A stretch of 64,000 bases of DNA from the NCBI GenBank assembly GCA_963765145.1, contig CAVXVG010000026.1:96001-160000 (forward strand), read 5' to 3'. Origin of the DNA: Parachlamydiales bacterium. Its GTDB lineage: Bacteria > Chlamydiota > Chlamydiia > Chlamydiales > JAJFMK01. The translations under genes and the position numbers were made by a program. Under the pieces are notes generated by a model. The model did not search any database. It was not told the DNA's origin and was given only the letters and a program-made list of their open reading frames with translations. Positions 50,775 through 62,130 of the stretch are shown here, in pieces; position 1 is the stretch's first letter; every line of letters starts with the position of its first letter.

Positions 50775-52502
50775 CTAGGCGGTTGTCCTCCACTGGACGT
50801 TTTTTAATGCGGCCGGTGTATCATCGGTCTCCTGAACCTTAATGAATACCTGTCGTGGAAAAATATTTATATACCAACTGCAGATAACCTTCTGTTTTAC
50901 AAATTCTGCAAGGAGCTTCTCTGTACCTTGGCCATAGGGAAGGCAATGAACTTCCTTGGACATTTTTTCAGAGTTTGCATGGTAGAATCGGACCACATCC
51001 AACACTCTTGTAGCACCGTCTCGGTTAGAAAATTGATCAGGTGAAGGCAGATTAATTTTTTGAAGAGCATCGCCTTTGTTAGGGCTCGTCTTGAATTGCC
51101 CTTTGCTGATGGATGTCTGCGTTGGCTGCAGGATTGGTGTTGGAGGCATGGATGCGGTATTCCACTTGACCCCTTGGATTCCTGGGCTTTCGGCATCGGC
51201 CTCTTTGACTTTGATGTACACCGTCGCAAAAGCATTTTTGTACCAACCGTAGATGATCCTCCTTTTTACCAATTCATTGAGGAGGTTTGGTGTGTTTTCG
51301 CCACTGGAAAGAGTATGAATTTCACGAACAACAGGAGGAAGATCGCAACCTTGGTAGTAACCTTTGATCATATCTAATACCTTTTCAGCGTTATCCTTGC
51401 CAAAACCAGACAATTCCTCAGGTGAAGGCAAATTAGCGTCTTGAATAACCTTGTCAAGCCTGAGAAGTCGAGCTTTTGTGTGAATGATACGCGTGCCAAA
51501 GACTCTTGAATCATCGAATTTTTCTGTTTCTGGAACTTCGATAACGGCGTCGAATATGCCACTTCTTCGTTCGACGGAGCCACCGATCTTATCCGTTAAG
51601 GTAAGATAGAAAAGCGCCGCAGCTATACAAGGAGAAGAGGCCAGGGGGATGATCTGAGCGGTCCCATTTGCATCTTTAAGAAATGATTCAATTTCACTGG
51701 CCACCTCTTTAATCTTGGCAAACGGAATCCCTTTCACTCCCTGTACACCTTGTTCGAGAATGATCCTATGGATCTGTTTTTCATCAACTGGTGAAGTAGG
51801 GCTTCGTTTGAGGGGTGCTATCGGTGTTGCAGGAGCGGCGGGCGCGGTAATCCACTTCCCTCCTTCGGTTTTTTCTATATCGGCATCGGTTTCTCGGACT
51901 TTGATGTACATTCCGTTACCCGGACTATTATGCCAGGCGTAGATAAGCTTTTTGCCTGCAAGTTCTGTTAGTTGCTCTGCTAAACCATGGCTATAAGCAA
52001 GCGGAAGTCGCACGGCCTCCCCTGCTGAGCTATTGGCCGCTTCCAACACTTTTCTAGCGTGTTCCGGGTGAGAAAATTGAGGAGCTAAAGACGGAGCGCC
52101 ACCTTTGCTAGTGGACGCCTGCCCAGTCGGTGTTGCTGGAGGAGTGGGCTTTTGCGGAGTAGCAGCTGGTAGAGCAACAGGCGCAGGCGAACTAGTGGCT
52201 ACAGAATTCTGAGAGGAAGAGGTCCGGTTGCTTCCTGCAACCTGTTGTCTTTTAAAGTGTTGCCTGGCAACTTCCTCCGTTTTTTTTGAGGGATTTGGTT
52301 TTAGCCAAACAAAAGCTGCAGCTTCTAAAATTGGGACGATGATCGTTGCGTAGGAGAGTGCTCGGAAAAGTCCAACAACCATAGCTTTTGGTAGATCACC
52401 CTGCTTTCGTTCGTTTATTGAACCCGGATTTTTCCAAGATTGGACCCAGTTTCCTAAAGAAGAACGATTCGCATTGAATAGATTGGAAAAAATATTGTTC
52501 AT
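50775..52502 (-). CDS. Hypothetical protein with three internal ~80-aa repeats
   Basis: Repeated pattern (K/R)VL...LLxELxKxxxIYxW...YIKVxExD...W; N-terminal hydrophobic segment. Confidence 0.8.
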   Translation of the reverse strand: MNNIFSNLFNANRSSLGNWVQSWKNPGSINERKQGDLPKAMVVGLFRALSYATIIVPILEAAAFVWLKPNPSKKTEEVARQHFKRQQVAGSNRTSSSQNSVATSSPAPVALPAATPQKPTPPATPTGQASTSKGGAPSLAPQFSHPEHARKVLEAANSSAGEAVRLPLAYSHGLAEQLTELAGKKLIYAWHNSPGNGMYIKVRETDADIEKTEGGKWITAPAAPATPIAPLKRSPTSPVDEKQIHRIILEQGVQGVKGIPFAKIKEVASEIESFLKDANGTAQIIPLASSPCIAAALFYLTLTDKIGGSVERRSGIFDAVIEVPETEKFDDSRVFGTRIIHTKARLLRLDKVIQDANLPSPEELSGFGKDNAEKVLDMIKGYYQGCDLPPVVREIHTLSSGENTPNLLNELVKRRIIYGWYKNAFATVYIKVKEADAESPGIQGVKWNTASMPPTPILQPTQTSISKGQFKTSPNKGDALQKINLPSPDQFSNRDGATRVLDVVRFYHANSEKMSKEVHCLPYGQGTEKLLAEFVKQKVICSWYINIFPRQVFIKVQETDDTPAALKNVQWRTTA

Positions 52503-52562
52503 ATAACCATTGTATGCTTATATAGTATTTTTTTCAACTTTGTTCATTAAATCTTAACACAA

Positions 52563-54659
52563 CTATTCGTTTTCAAGTAAGTGCTGCTTTAAAAAAGAAA
52601 ATTCTAAGGCAACGTTATGGGCGACTTGCTCGTTTGTGGTGGCGCCCGCGTGACCGCCTACTGTATTTTCAAAAAGGAACACATTATGGCCTTGAGCTTG
52701 CATCTTGGCGGCCATTTTTCTGGCATGGCCTGGATGGACACGATCATCTTTAGTTGAAGTCATGAAGAGGATGTTAGGATATTTTTTTTCTTCACTGAGG
52801 TTATGGTAAGGAGAATAGGCTTTAAGAAAGAGCTGATCCTCTTCTTTATCGGGATCACCATATTCTTCTATCCAGCTAGGCCCTGCAAGAAGCTTGTGAT
52901 ATCGGAGCATGTCAAGTAAAGGGACATGGCATAAAACAGCTTTGAATAGATCTGGTCGCTGAGTCAACATCGCCCCCATCAGAAGCCCTCCGTTAGAGCC
53001 CCCTTTTATGGCCAACTGTTGAGGAGAGGTGACGCCCCGAGCTACTAGGTCCTCGGCTACAGCAATAAAATCGTCAAAAGAGCGTTGTCTATTTCCTTTA
53101 CGTGCTGCTTCATGCCATTTGGATCCAAACTCTCCGCCCCCTCGGATATTAGCCTCAACATAAACACCCCCTTGCTCCAGCCATGCAGCCCCTAAGCCTG
53201 GTCGATAGGAAGGTTGCAGAGCGATTTGAAAGCCCCCATAGCCATACAGCAGTGTAGGTTGCTTACCATCTTGAGCGGTTTGTTTTTTGCTGACTTGAAA
53301 GTAGGGGATAAGGGTTCCATCTTTTGAAGCAGCTTCAAATTGTTGGATATGTAGATCTTCTATAGAAAAGAAATGGGGCAAGCTTTGTAGGTGGCGTCGT
53401 TCCGGCGTATTAAAATTGCCCACCCAGAGAGTGCTGGGAGTGATATAGTCAGAATGGGACATGAAATAATCGTCAGACTCATCAGAGTCGATCGCAGAAA
53501 TCGAAGTAGAGCCAAAGGATGGTACCTCGAAATAGGTCTTGGTCCATTGTCCCTCTTTAAACGCATAAAGCATCACTTTATTCCGCATATTGTCGAGTAT
53601 GCTCAAGACCAAAAAGTTTTTGGTGTTGTCTGTCCCTTCGAGGCACGATCTTTCATCCGGTTCAAAAAGAACTTGAAAGTTGCGATCTCCAGCCAAAAAC
53701 TTATCGCCATCTATCGCTAATAACGATTCAGCGGCATAGGTTTTACCTCCAATGGCCCAATCGTTTCGTAAACTGAATAGAAATTGGCCTTGGAACACGC
53801 TCATTCCGACGTCAGTCGGTTTGTCTATTTTGACCCACTCATTACCCCTCTGAAGATAGATGTTATAGTCAGTCATCGAAAGGAGCTGGTAGACAAGATC
53901 ATAAGATTGCCCATGGTCATGTATCACAAATCCATCCACTTTCACATCTTGGTTTTCGCCGACAAATACAGTTTTGGCCTCAGTTAGTGGCGTGCTTCGC
54001 GACCATTCTTTAACGATTTTAGGATAGCCCGATTGAGTTAAAGAGCCTGGTCCAAAATCGGTTGTGACATAAAGATGATCTTTGTCTTTCCATCTTGCGT
54101 CGCTTTTTGCTTCGGCTAGAAAAAATCCGTCCGGGACAAATTGTTTAGTCTCTAGATCAAATTCTCTGACTACCACGGCATCTCCACCACCGCTAGAAAG
54201 TGAAATGAGCAGCCGATCGTAGGTTGGATAAAGAAATCGGTGAGTCTTCCAGGTCCAGGTTTTATTCTCGTCTCTATTTAGGGCGTCGAGGTCGAGTACC
54301 GTTTCCCATACAGGATTGCCGTTAAGATAGTCTTCAAAAAGAGTTCGTCTAAATAACCCGTGGAGGTTTTTTTCATCCCTCCAGAAATTATACCCAAACT
54401 TTCCGGCTTTTTCGACGTAAGGGATTCTGTCATCAGAGTTTAAAATGGATAGTAGACGTTGTTTTAAGGGCTCAAAATAGCTTTTGTCCTCTAACAACTC
54501 TTGGCTTTGTTTGTTTTGGTTTTCAACCCAAGAAAGGGCCTTTTCAGATTGGAGCTCTTCTAGCCATAAGTAGTGGTCGTCTTCAGTCTCTGGGACGTTA
54601 GCTTGCTGGCAAGAACAAAATAAGAGGAGTGCGGCAAAAAACAAAGAATTTCTTTTCAT
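52563..54659 (-). CDS. Prolyl oligopeptidase (S9A), probable lipoprotein
   Basis: YGYGGF, NIRGGGEFG, GGSNGGLL, DDRVHP, GGH; lipobox-like signal peptide. Confidence 0.95.
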   Translation of the reverse strand: MKRNSLFFAALLLFCSCQQANVPETEDDHYLWLEELQSEKALSWVENQNKQSQELLEDKSYFEPLKQRLLSILNSDDRIPYVEKAGKFGYNFWRDEKNLHGLFRRTLFEDYLNGNPVWETVLDLDALNRDENKTWTWKTHRFLYPTYDRLLISLSSGGGDAVVVREFDLETKQFVPDGFFLAEAKSDARWKDKDHLYVTTDFGPGSLTQSGYPKIVKEWSRSTPLTEAKTVFVGENQDVKVDGFVIHDHGQSYDLVYQLLSMTDYNIYLQRGNEWVKIDKPTDVGMSVFQGQFLFSLRNDWAIGGKTYAAESLLAIDGDKFLAGDRNFQVLFEPDERSCLEGTDNTKNFLVLSILDNMRNKVMLYAFKEGQWTKTYFEVPSFGSTSISAIDSDESDDYFMSHSDYITPSTLWVGNFNTPERRHLQSLPHFFSIEDLHIQQFEAASKDGTLIPYFQVSKKQTAQDGKQPTLLYGYGGFQIALQPSYRPGLGAAWLEQGGVYVEANIRGGGEFGSKWHEAARKGNRQRSFDDFIAVAEDLVARGVTSPQQLAIKGGSNGGLLMGAMLTQRPDLFKAVLCHVPLLDMLRYHKLLAGPSWIEEYGDPDKEEDQLFLKAYSPYHNLSEEKKYPNILFMTSTKDDRVHPGHARKMAAKMQAQGHNVFLFENTVGGHAGATTNEQVAHNVALEFSFLKQHLLENE

Positions 54660-54779
54660 AGGGCAAATGATGACACATTTTATAATTTCTAGAAATTCTC
54701 TTTCCTCCGCAACGCGTTTGGAGCATTAAAAAGACCTTGTTGCGTTAGCCGAAATAGAAAGAGTTTTTTGCTTCGCAGC

Positions 54780-54861
54780 GCGTTTGGAGTGCTAAACTCC
54801 TGTTTAGCTTTGACTTATCAGTGAAAGTGAAAGCTAAACAGGAGTTTAGCACTCCAAACGC
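54780..54861. repeat. Family A palindrome
   Basis: Perfect arms with loop gacttatcagtgaaagtg; a degenerate A-like arm also lies at about 54710. Confidence 0.95.
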
Positions 54862-54875
54862 TTCGCAGAAGAAAG

Positions 54876-55958
54876 CTATTCATTCCGAGTTAATTTGTAG
54901 CACTCGAGGGCGATTTGGAAGGCTTCTTGTGTGTGGACGAGAAGGACTTTTACGCTTGAATCGGGGGCAGAAAGGTCTTGATCTTCTGTGTGAGGCATGA
55001 TGTTCTTTGCGTTGTCTAGTTTTATGCCTAAGAAAGAAAAGTTGTCGGCCACTTTTTCACGGATCAAAGAGGCGTTTTCTCCAATACCTCCTGTAAAAAC
55101 CAAAAGATCGATTCCGCTTAAGGAGGCAATCATGGCGCCAATCTCTTGATTAAGTCGATGGAGATAGATGTCTAAAGCAAGTTTCGACCTCTCCTCATTG
55201 CTTTGGATGATCTCCTTCATGTCACCCGTTTTTCCTGAAATTCCTAACAACCCTGATGAAAAATAAAGCTCTTTAGATATCGCTTCCGGAGACATTTTCT
55301 TCTTTTGGATGAGGTGAAGAACGATAGCAGGATCCAGTGAGCCTGGCCGTGTATCCATCATCAACCCATCAAGAGGGGTATAACCCATAGTGGTGTCGAT
55401 GCTTTCTCCATTTTCGATTGCACAAAGAGAGGCTCCCGAACCTAAGTGGCAAATAACCATTTTTAATGAATCTTTCGGTCTTTTTACCAAATGGGCAGCC
55501 CGTTTCGTGCAATATTGGTAGCTGATCCCATGGAACCCAAACCGTTGTATCCCTTCCTCAAACCATCTGTAGGGCCCCGGATAAATTTTTGTTTCAATTG
55601 GAAGTGTGCGGTGAAAGCTTGTGTCAAAAACGGCTACTTGAGGGACGTTAGGTAACAATTTTTCAATATTTTCAATCCCTTCTAATTCACGTCCTTGATG
55701 AAGCGGTGCCAATTCTGCCAATGACTTTATCTTCTTTTTTACCTCAGGAGTGATTAACACAGGGTGGTGGAAAAGATCTCCTCCATGGACAATACGATGG
55801 CCGACTACATCGATCTTTTTTTCTCTGACAAGTTCTTCAATCCCACCTTTTACTTCAGCATGCCATAGGGGAGGGATGGCCTCATCTTCAAGCTTGTCTA
55901 GTCGATACAACGCGCATTTGATGCTGCTTGAGCCTTGGTTTAAAACTAGAATTTCCAT
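54876..55958 (-). CDS. ackA: Acetate kinase
   Basis: [42 protein letters not shown]. Confidence 0.95.
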   Translation of the reverse strand: MEILVLNQGSSSIKCALYRLDKLEDEAIPPLWHAEVKGGIEELVREKKIDVVGHRIVHGGDLFHHPVLITPEVKKKIKSLAELAPLHQGRELEGIENIEKLLPNVPQVAVFDTSFHRTLPIETKIYPGPYRWFEEGIQRFGFHGISYQYCTKRAAHLVKRPKDSLKMVICHLGSGASLCAIENGESIDTTMGYTPLDGLMMDTRPGSLDPAIVLHLIQKKKMSPEAISKELYFSSGLLGISGKTGDMKEIIQSNEERSKLALDIYLHRLNQEIGAMIASLSGIDLLVFTGGIGENASLIREKVADNFSFLGIKLDNAKNIMPHTEDQDLSAPDSSVKVLLVHTQEAFQIALECYKLTRNE

Positions 55959-58297
55959 TTCCAATTCCTAATCTCAGGCAGATCTTCCCCATATTTTCTG
56001 ATATACTCGTGGTGCTCAATCAGTTTGTCTCGCAGATACTGCTTCAAATAGGCCCCTTTTGCAGTCAATTGTGGCAGTCGATCGATCGCGTCGCCGACTA
56101 AGTGAAAGCGGTCAAGGTCGTTTAAAACGACCATGTCAAATGGGGTAGTTGTGGTTCCCTCTTCTTTATAACCCCTCACATGCATGTAAGGGTAATTGGT
56201 CCTTCGATAGGTGAGGCGATGGATGATAGAGGGGTATCCGTGGAAAGCGAAGATGACTTGCGTGTTTTTAGGAAAAAGTAGGTCAAAATCTTTATCGCTT
56301 AAGCCATGAGGGTGCTCGCTTTGCGGCTGCAGGGTCATCAGATCAACTACATTGATGACACGGATTTTCAAGTCGGGGAAATGGTCCCTTAATATTTCCA
56401 CAGCCGCTAATGTTTCTCTGGTGGGCACATCTCCGGCGCACGCCATGATCAGATCGGGTTGGCATCCTGCGTCTGTGCTGGCCCACTCCCAAATGCCAAG
56501 TCCGGCTGTGCAGTGTTTGATGGCCGCTTCCATGTCGAGCCATTGAAGTGCCGGTTGTTTGCCGGCAACGATCAAGTTAATGAAATTGCGGCTTCTAAAA
56601 CAATGATCTGTAACAGAAAGGAGGGTATTGGCGTCTGGGGGCAAATAAACGCGGACGATGTCGGCTTTTTTATTCATCACAACATCAATAAAGCCCGGGT
56701 CTTGATGGCTAAAACCATTATGGTCTTGTTGCCAGACGTGCGAGGTTAACAAATAGTTGAGGGATGATATGGGCCGTCGCCATGGGATTTGTTTGCATTC
56801 TTTTAACCACTTTGCATGCTGGTTGAACATCGAATCGACGATGTGGATAAAAGCCTCATAACAAGAAAAAAGGCCATGTCTGCCTGTTAATAAATAGCCT
56901 TCAAGCCACCCTTCGCAAAGATGTTCGCTTAACACCTCCATCACTCGGCCGTCGGACGAGATGTGGTCGTCGGTTTTTAAAATAATGGCCGTGGAGGTTC
57001 GATCGGTGACTTGAAAAAGGGCATTTAAACGGTTTGAGGAGGTCTCATCGGGGCCAAAAATCCTTAAATTCCGTTCTTTCCAATTGGCCTTTAAGATGTC
57101 TCTTAAAAAGCAGCCCATCACTTCGGTCGCTTCTCCTAAACTGGTCCCTGGCTTTTTGACTTTCACTGCGTAGTCTCGAAAATCAGGCATTTTCAAGTCT
57201 TTAAGTAAAAGCCCGCCGTTCGCATGGGGGTTTGCCCCCATCCTTCGATCTCCTATAGGAGCAAGTTCAGCAAGTTCCGGCAACAATCGCCCCTCAACAT
57301 CGAACAGCTCTTCAGGTTTATAGCTTTTCAGCCACTCTTCAAGCAATTTAAAGTGTGCGCGGTTTGAAGCGACATCTGTTATGGGCACTTGATGGGATCG
57401 CCAAGTGCCCTCTAGGGGAAGCCCATCTAACAGTTTTGGGCATGTCCATCCTTTCGGAGTTTTGAAGATGATCATTGGCCAAATGGGCCGTTCTTTAAAA
57501 CCTTCAGTGCGTATTTTTTGTTGAATGGCTTTGATCTCTTCGATGACAAGATCCAGTGTTGCAGCAAGTTGTTGATGAACAAGTTTTGGGTCATCTCCTT
57601 CAACAAAATAGGGCTTATAGCCATAGCCGCAAAACAGTTGCGTTAATTCCTCTTTGGGAATTCTGGCAAGGATTGTCGGTTCGGCAATCTTGTAGCCATT
57701 CAAATGAAGAATGGGCAGCACAGCTCCGTCATGCACCGGATTGAGAAACTTGTTGGAGTGCCAACTGGTAGCAAGGGGGCCTGTTTCTGCTTCTCCATCT
57801 CCAATAACACAAGCTACGATGAGATCGGGATTATCAAAGACGGCTCCAAATGCATGCGTCAAGGAATAACCAAGCTCGCCCCCTTCATTGATCGACCCTG
57901 GGGTGTCAGGAGATGTGTGACTGGGGATGCCGCCTGGAAAAGAAAATTGCTTAAATAGCTCTTTCATCCCATGGATGTCTTCAGAAATGTTGGGGTAAAA
58001 TTCTGAGTATGTCCCTTCTAAATAGGTGTTTGCGACGATAGCCGGAGCTCCGTGGCCGGGACCTGTGACAAAGAACATGTCCAAGTCATATTTTTTGATG
58101 ATTCTATTCAGGTGGACATAGAGAAAATTCAAGCCAGGCGAAGTGCCCCAGTGGCCGAGCAGTCTTGGTTTGATGTCCTTGGTTGTCAGCGGCTCTCTTA
58201 ATAAAGGGTTGTTTAACAGATAAATTTGACCGACAGCTAGGTAATTGGCTGCTCGCCAATAGGCATCCATCTTTTGTAGCTCATTATCTGACAACAT
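55946..58297 (-). CDS. xfp: Phosphoketolase
   Basis: [44 protein letters not shown]. Confidence 0.97.
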   Translation of the reverse strand: MLSDNELQKMDAYWRAANYLAVGQIYLLNNPLLREPLTTKDIKPRLLGHWGTSPGLNFLYVHLNRIIKKYDLDMFFVTGPGHGAPAIVANTYLEGTYSEFYPNISEDIHGMKELFKQFSFPGGIPSHTSPDTPGSINEGGELGYSLTHAFGAVFDNPDLIVACVIGDGEAETGPLATSWHSNKFLNPVHDGAVLPILHLNGYKIAEPTILARIPKEELTQLFCGYGYKPYFVEGDDPKLVHQQLAATLDLVIEEIKAIQQKIRTEGFKERPIWPMIIFKTPKGWTCPKLLDGLPLEGTWRSHQVPITDVASNRAHFKLLEEWLKSYKPEELFDVEGRLLPELAELAPIGDRRMGANPHANGGLLLKDLKMPDFRDYAVKVKKPGTSLGEATEVMGCFLRDILKANWKERNLRIFGPDETSSNRLNALFQVTDRTSTAIILKTDDHISSDGRVMEVLSEHLCEGWLEGYLLTGRHGLFSCYEAFIHIVDSMFNQHAKWLKECKQIPWRRPISSLNYLLTSHVWQQDHNGFSHQDPGFIDVVMNKKADIVRVYLPPDANTLLSVTDHCFRSRNFINLIVAGKQPALQWLDMEAAIKHCTAGLGIWEWASTDAGCQPDLIMACAGDVPTRETLAAVEILRDHFPDLKIRVINVVDLMTLQPQSEHPHGLSDKDFDLLFPKNTQVIFAFHGYPSIIHRLTYRRTNYPYMHVRGYKEEGTTTTPFDMVVLNDLDRFHLVGDAIDRLPQLTAKGAYLKQYLRDKLIEHHEYIRKYGEDLPEIRNWKWKF

Positions 58298-58397
58298 CCT
58301 CTTCCCTTTTTTTAATGCGCTCTTACTCCTGTTTAGCTTAGTCAAAGCCAAATGGCTACAGCTTTGATAGCGCTAACGCTTTTGTGTAACGAAGAAG

Positions 58398-58602
58398 AAT
58401 AACAGGATGAACAAGATGAACAGGATAAGCTTCGCCTACGTTAGATCATTTTGAGTACTTTTTTAACGCGAAGATCGCGAAGAAGTGCGAAGACCTTCTC
58501 ATTTGCTTAAAGTTATATCAATGGTAAGAGACGGGTCCTTCTTTTGTTGTTATAAAAAAAATTTCTTTAGTGGGCGGAGCTTATCCTGTTCATCCTGTTA
58601 TT
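58398..58602. repeat. Family D nonamer palindrome, stand-alone
   Basis: aataacaggatgaacaagatgaacaggataagcttcgcc ... ggcggagcttatcctgttcatcctgttatt. Confidence 0.85.
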
Positions 58603-58689
58603 TTTAGCTTTTTTCATTCACACGTCTCTCTAGAAATGATGGAAATCTCAAGTTTATGTTATGATGTAAGTTTTGTTTAGAGGGTTCCA

Positions 58690-60363
58690 ATGGCTACAAT
58701 TTTACCTACATTGATCAACTTTTGTGCCGGCTTTGCGCAGGGGAATGATCTTGCTTCCTCCTATGTCGAGGAAAAGAGTACGAAGCGAGGGGAAGCCCAT
58801 CTGCTCAGTATTCCCTTTTCTCTAGATCAACTAATGAGTCTCAGTTCCATTGCTTTAAAGGTTTTTGAAGTGCTCGGGAAAGGGGAAGTCTCTACAAGGA
58901 CAATGCTTCTTTGCAACGTGTTGCCCTTTGCTGCCGTTCCTGTTTTGATCACTGTAGAGGCCCTATGCGAATATAAGGAATTTAGCAAACATTGGAACGA
59001 GAGGGCACCAACTAGATTGCAGCTTCCTGAAACATTACCGAAAGAGATTCTTCAGGCAGCGCGGTTTTTCTCCGACCATTTCACTGATGTGGTCAGGATC
59101 GCTTCAGCCGTTGCCCTTATAGCCCTTTTCCGCCTAGGAGATCGTCTCTACAGCATGAGCGCTTTGTTCGCCTTTACATATGGACTTGCAGCCCGAAACA
59201 ATCTTGTCTCGCAAAAGTACCGACACCTGGCAGAAACCTATTTGCCGGCAGTTTCATTTGTAGGAGGTTTGTTGGAGGGGACACTTGTTAACCGACTTAC
59301 GACACTCGCTACCGAATCAATAGATTTTCTTCCGCACATTGCCCTTCCTCTTCAAAACGGACTTGATTACTGGTTTAAAAAGGCCATTTCTAGCAAACAT
59401 CCCACCTTTTTTGAAGGGCAAGCTCCACTATCTAAACCTAATGATGATCTGACTTTAGATCAGATCCAGAAAGTTTTGGAGGCAAAAGATGAGGATTTTT
59501 GCTTTTCTGCACCCCATTTAGCTACCAATATCACCTCTTGCCTTAAGTTTGAGCGTACCAAAGATTTTACCAAGGTCATGCCTCTTTTTAACTCTCTCGG
59601 TTGGGATGAAGATGCTAAGCAAAAGATGGACAGTTTCATGAAGGTGATGAACGGAGAATATAGAGATGGAGACCCGCATGATCAGACTCTTGCTACAGAA
59701 AACTTTGAAATCATTGCTGCCTATTTAGACACATTGAGTCTAACTACAGATAGAGACGAAATAGAAAGCATTTTTGTTCAGTTAACTTTTAATGGCGGAG
59801 ACTATTGTGCAGAAAGGCTACATACAGTGACAGAGCTGGTTATTGAAGCTATTGTAATAAGAGGAAAACTTTTTCAAGATCCGATTGAGCGGTATGAAAA
59901 CATTGTGCTGATGAGATTGGAAAGCATAAGAAGAGAGATCGTTGAAAATGCGTATGCAATGTTTGTTGATAATCGTTGGATCAACTGGGTGCCTGAAAGT
60001 ATTACGGATAATCTCCATGTGAAACGGTCTTTTAGAGGATTGATGTCGTTAGGATTTTCTCCCATCCCCCTCCACGAAAGGCAAGAATTAAGTTTAACAG
60101 ACCTTTTCATTGCAGAGTGTCTGCAAGCTTATTACATCAAAAACAAGTTTTTAAACGCTTATAAACTTAGGATCATGGAGCCTTTCCAAAAGGCCTCTGA
60201 TGGATACCAAGACTACATCCGGCAAGTTTTGATTAAAAATTCCCAACTTACTGAAGACGAAAAAAGAAAAATAGATAGGAGGCTTTCTACTGATAATGTC
60301 AATGGGTTCGGTTGTCGCTTGGCTTTTTATAGACTTGGAGTTATAAAATTTGCAAATGCTTAA
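58690..60363 (+). CDS. Hypothetical protein with hydrophobic N-terminal half
   Basis: 557-aa ORF; GGDYC motif in the soluble half. Confidence 0.75.
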   Translation: MATILPTLINFCAGFAQGNDLASSYVEEKSTKRGEAHLLSIPFSLDQLMSLSSIALKVFEVLGKGEVSTRTMLLCNVLPFAAVPVLITVEALCEYKEFSKHWNERAPTRLQLPETLPKEILQAARFFSDHFTDVVRIASAVALIALFRLGDRLYSMSALFAFTYGLAARNNLVSQKYRHLAETYLPAVSFVGGLLEGTLVNRLTTLATESIDFLPHIALPLQNGLDYWFKKAISSKHPTFFEGQAPLSKPNDDLTLDQIQKVLEAKDEDFCFSAPHLATNITSCLKFERTKDFTKVMPLFNSLGWDEDAKQKMDSFMKVMNGEYRDGDPHDQTLATENFEIIAAYLDTLSLTTDRDEIESIFVQLTFNGGDYCAERLHTVTELVIEAIVIRGKLFQDPIERYENIVLMRLESIRREIVENAYAMFVDNRWINWVPESITDNLHVKRSFRGLMSLGFSPIPLHERQELSLTDLFIAECLQAYYIKNKFLNAYKLRIMEPFQKASDGYQDYIRQVLIKNSQLTEDEKRKIDRRLSTDNVNGFGCRLAFYRLGVIKFANA

Positions 60364-61099
60364 CTTACTTTTATCTCTTTTTTTAGTTTTACCTATTGCC
60401 TCACCCATAGAGCCCCTTGAATGGGAAAATAGGGTCTATTTGGCAAGTTTTCCGGGTTCCGGCAACCACTGGGTTCGATATATGCTGGAAGAGGCGACAC
60501 AAACAGCCACAAGTTCGGTCTATGACGATCCTGAGTATGGTCATCATGCAGTTTCTGTCATTTTCCCCTGGGGAGGTTATTGCTGCGACCACGGATATAA
60601 CCATCGGTGTAGATATCCTGAAAAAGGGGATTACTTTGTTGTAAAAACGCATTCTCCAATCTTTCCGAATCCACTTGATCATTTCCCCTATAAGTTGACG
60701 ATCCGATTGGTGCGACATCCTGTAGATTGCTTCTATTCCTTTTATACCTGGAACCCCTTTTCAACACCTCTCAACCCTCCTCCGAAAGAGTCGTTGCCAA
60801 GAGAGCTGCTGCATTATTACATCGATTTATGGCGAAACTTTGAGCTGCATTGGAATGCAAAACCCAATGTGTTAACGATCCGTTATGAAGACCTTATGGA
60901 AAATCAGGAAGAGACATTCATAAAAATCATGGAGGCCATACCCTTTAATGTCAGCGTAAAGATGATCAAGCAGGCCCTTTACAAATACCCTCCAGAGGGC
61001 AAAGTGTTGAAACATTTGCACCGTTACAGCGAAGAGGATTTAAGCATCATCAAAGCTGAGCTGGGCTCGTTAATGGAGCCGTATGGCTATAGACTTTAA
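60356..61099 (+). CDS. Sulfotransferase-domain protein with signal peptide
   Basis: LASFPGSGNHW (5'-PSB), VKTH, LVRHPVDCFYS (3'-PB), IRYEDL. Confidence 0.85.
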   Translation: MLNLLLSLFLVLPIASPIEPLEWENRVYLASFPGSGNHWVRYMLEEATQTATSSVYDDPEYGHHAVSVIFPWGGYCCDHGYNHRCRYPEKGDYFVVKTHSPIFPNPLDHFPYKLTIRLVRHPVDCFYSFYTWNPFSTPLNPPPKESLPRELLHYYIDLWRNFELHWNAKPNVLTIRYEDLMENQEETFIKIMEAIPFNVSVKMIKQALYKYPPEGKVLKHLHRYSEEDLSIIKAELGSLMEPYGYRL

Positions 61100-62129
61100 T
61101 CGGCCAGCCCTTAAGCATAGTTTCCTTTGTTTCGTGATATTTTTGATTGAGCAAAGGGTCTAATGAAGTCAATGTTCTGATCTGCCCGTTATAGAGAACA
61201 AAAGGATCAATGCCACGAAACTTGCTTCTAACAATCATGTCGGCCTCTATAGGGTCATCAACTATGCTGTAGTGTTGCTTCGGGGAATAAAGGGCTTTTA
61301 GTTTAGCTTCGATAAACGGGTCGCGCGAAAAGATAAGTTTTTCCCAGATGTCGTCATCGGTTCCATAGTGGATCTCATCGTAAGAAATAATGCCTAGTTC
61401 AACGCCGCGTAAAATCGCTTCGGCAAGAGTTTTGGAAAGAAAGTGGTTGTCTGCACTTCCCCAGCAATTTTCGGTCATATAGAGAGAAGAATAGACCAGT
61501 TTCTTCATTAATTCGCTTTCAAGATGGATCCAAGCACCGTCACGGAACTGAAATTTTTTAAAAAGAATGAGCGCTTCGTCGTAAGTAATAAAGCCTTGGA
61601 AATACGCACCCTGTATGTTGTAGTCGATACGATCGGCACATAACTTAGGACCTTTTTGTTCTAACATCGGAAAAGTTTTTTCGAGGGGTAAAATCTCTTC
61701 CGCGGTGAGCTGATATTTTTCTAGGATAGTAGCTAACCCGCTCTTTTCGAGAAAAAGAGTGTGGATAGTACTTTGATAATCGGCTTCTTGGTTTTCCTTA
61801 CCAAACATCCAGTCACCAACATGAGAAAAAACAGTGTGAGACACATCATGCAAAAGGCCTGCAATCTGTTCTTTAAGAGGTGCATCGTAGTGCCGTAAGA
61901 TGGCAAAAACCCCAATGGAATGATCATACCGGTTGTAGTTTTCACTAAAGGTGGTAGTGTAAAAAGAAACCCCATACTGATGGATTTTTTTAAGCCTTTG
62001 GATGGCTGGGTGATGGATGAGTTCGATCAAGACAGGTTCATCAACCTCCATGGGGCCATAGAAGGTTTCAATCGTTTCAGCCGTTAGCCAAAAAGGTAAA
62101 AGAAAAATAAAAAGGAGATGTTTAGACAT
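61050..62129 (-). CDS. HD-domain phosphohydrolase with signal-like N-terminus
   Basis: QRLKKIHQ, RYDHSIG, LLHDVSHTVFSH, ADRIDY. Confidence 0.9.
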   Translation of the reverse strand: MSKHLLFIFLLPFWLTAETIETFYGPMEVDEPVLIELIHHPAIQRLKKIHQYGVSFYTTTFSENYNRYDHSIGVFAILRHYDAPLKEQIAGLLHDVSHTVFSHVGDWMFGKENQEADYQSTIHTLFLEKSGLATILEKYQLTAEEILPLEKTFPMLEQKGPKLCADRIDYNIQGAYFQGFITYDEALILFKKFQFRDGAWIHLESELMKKLVYSSLYMTENCWGSADNHFLSKTLAEAILRGVELGIISYDEIHYGTDDDIWEKLIFSRDPFIEAKLKALYSPKQHYSIVDDPIEADMIVRSKFRGIDPFVLYNGQIRTLTSLDPLLNQKYHETKETMLKGWPIKVYSHTAPLTSPAQL

Positions 62130-62130
62130 T

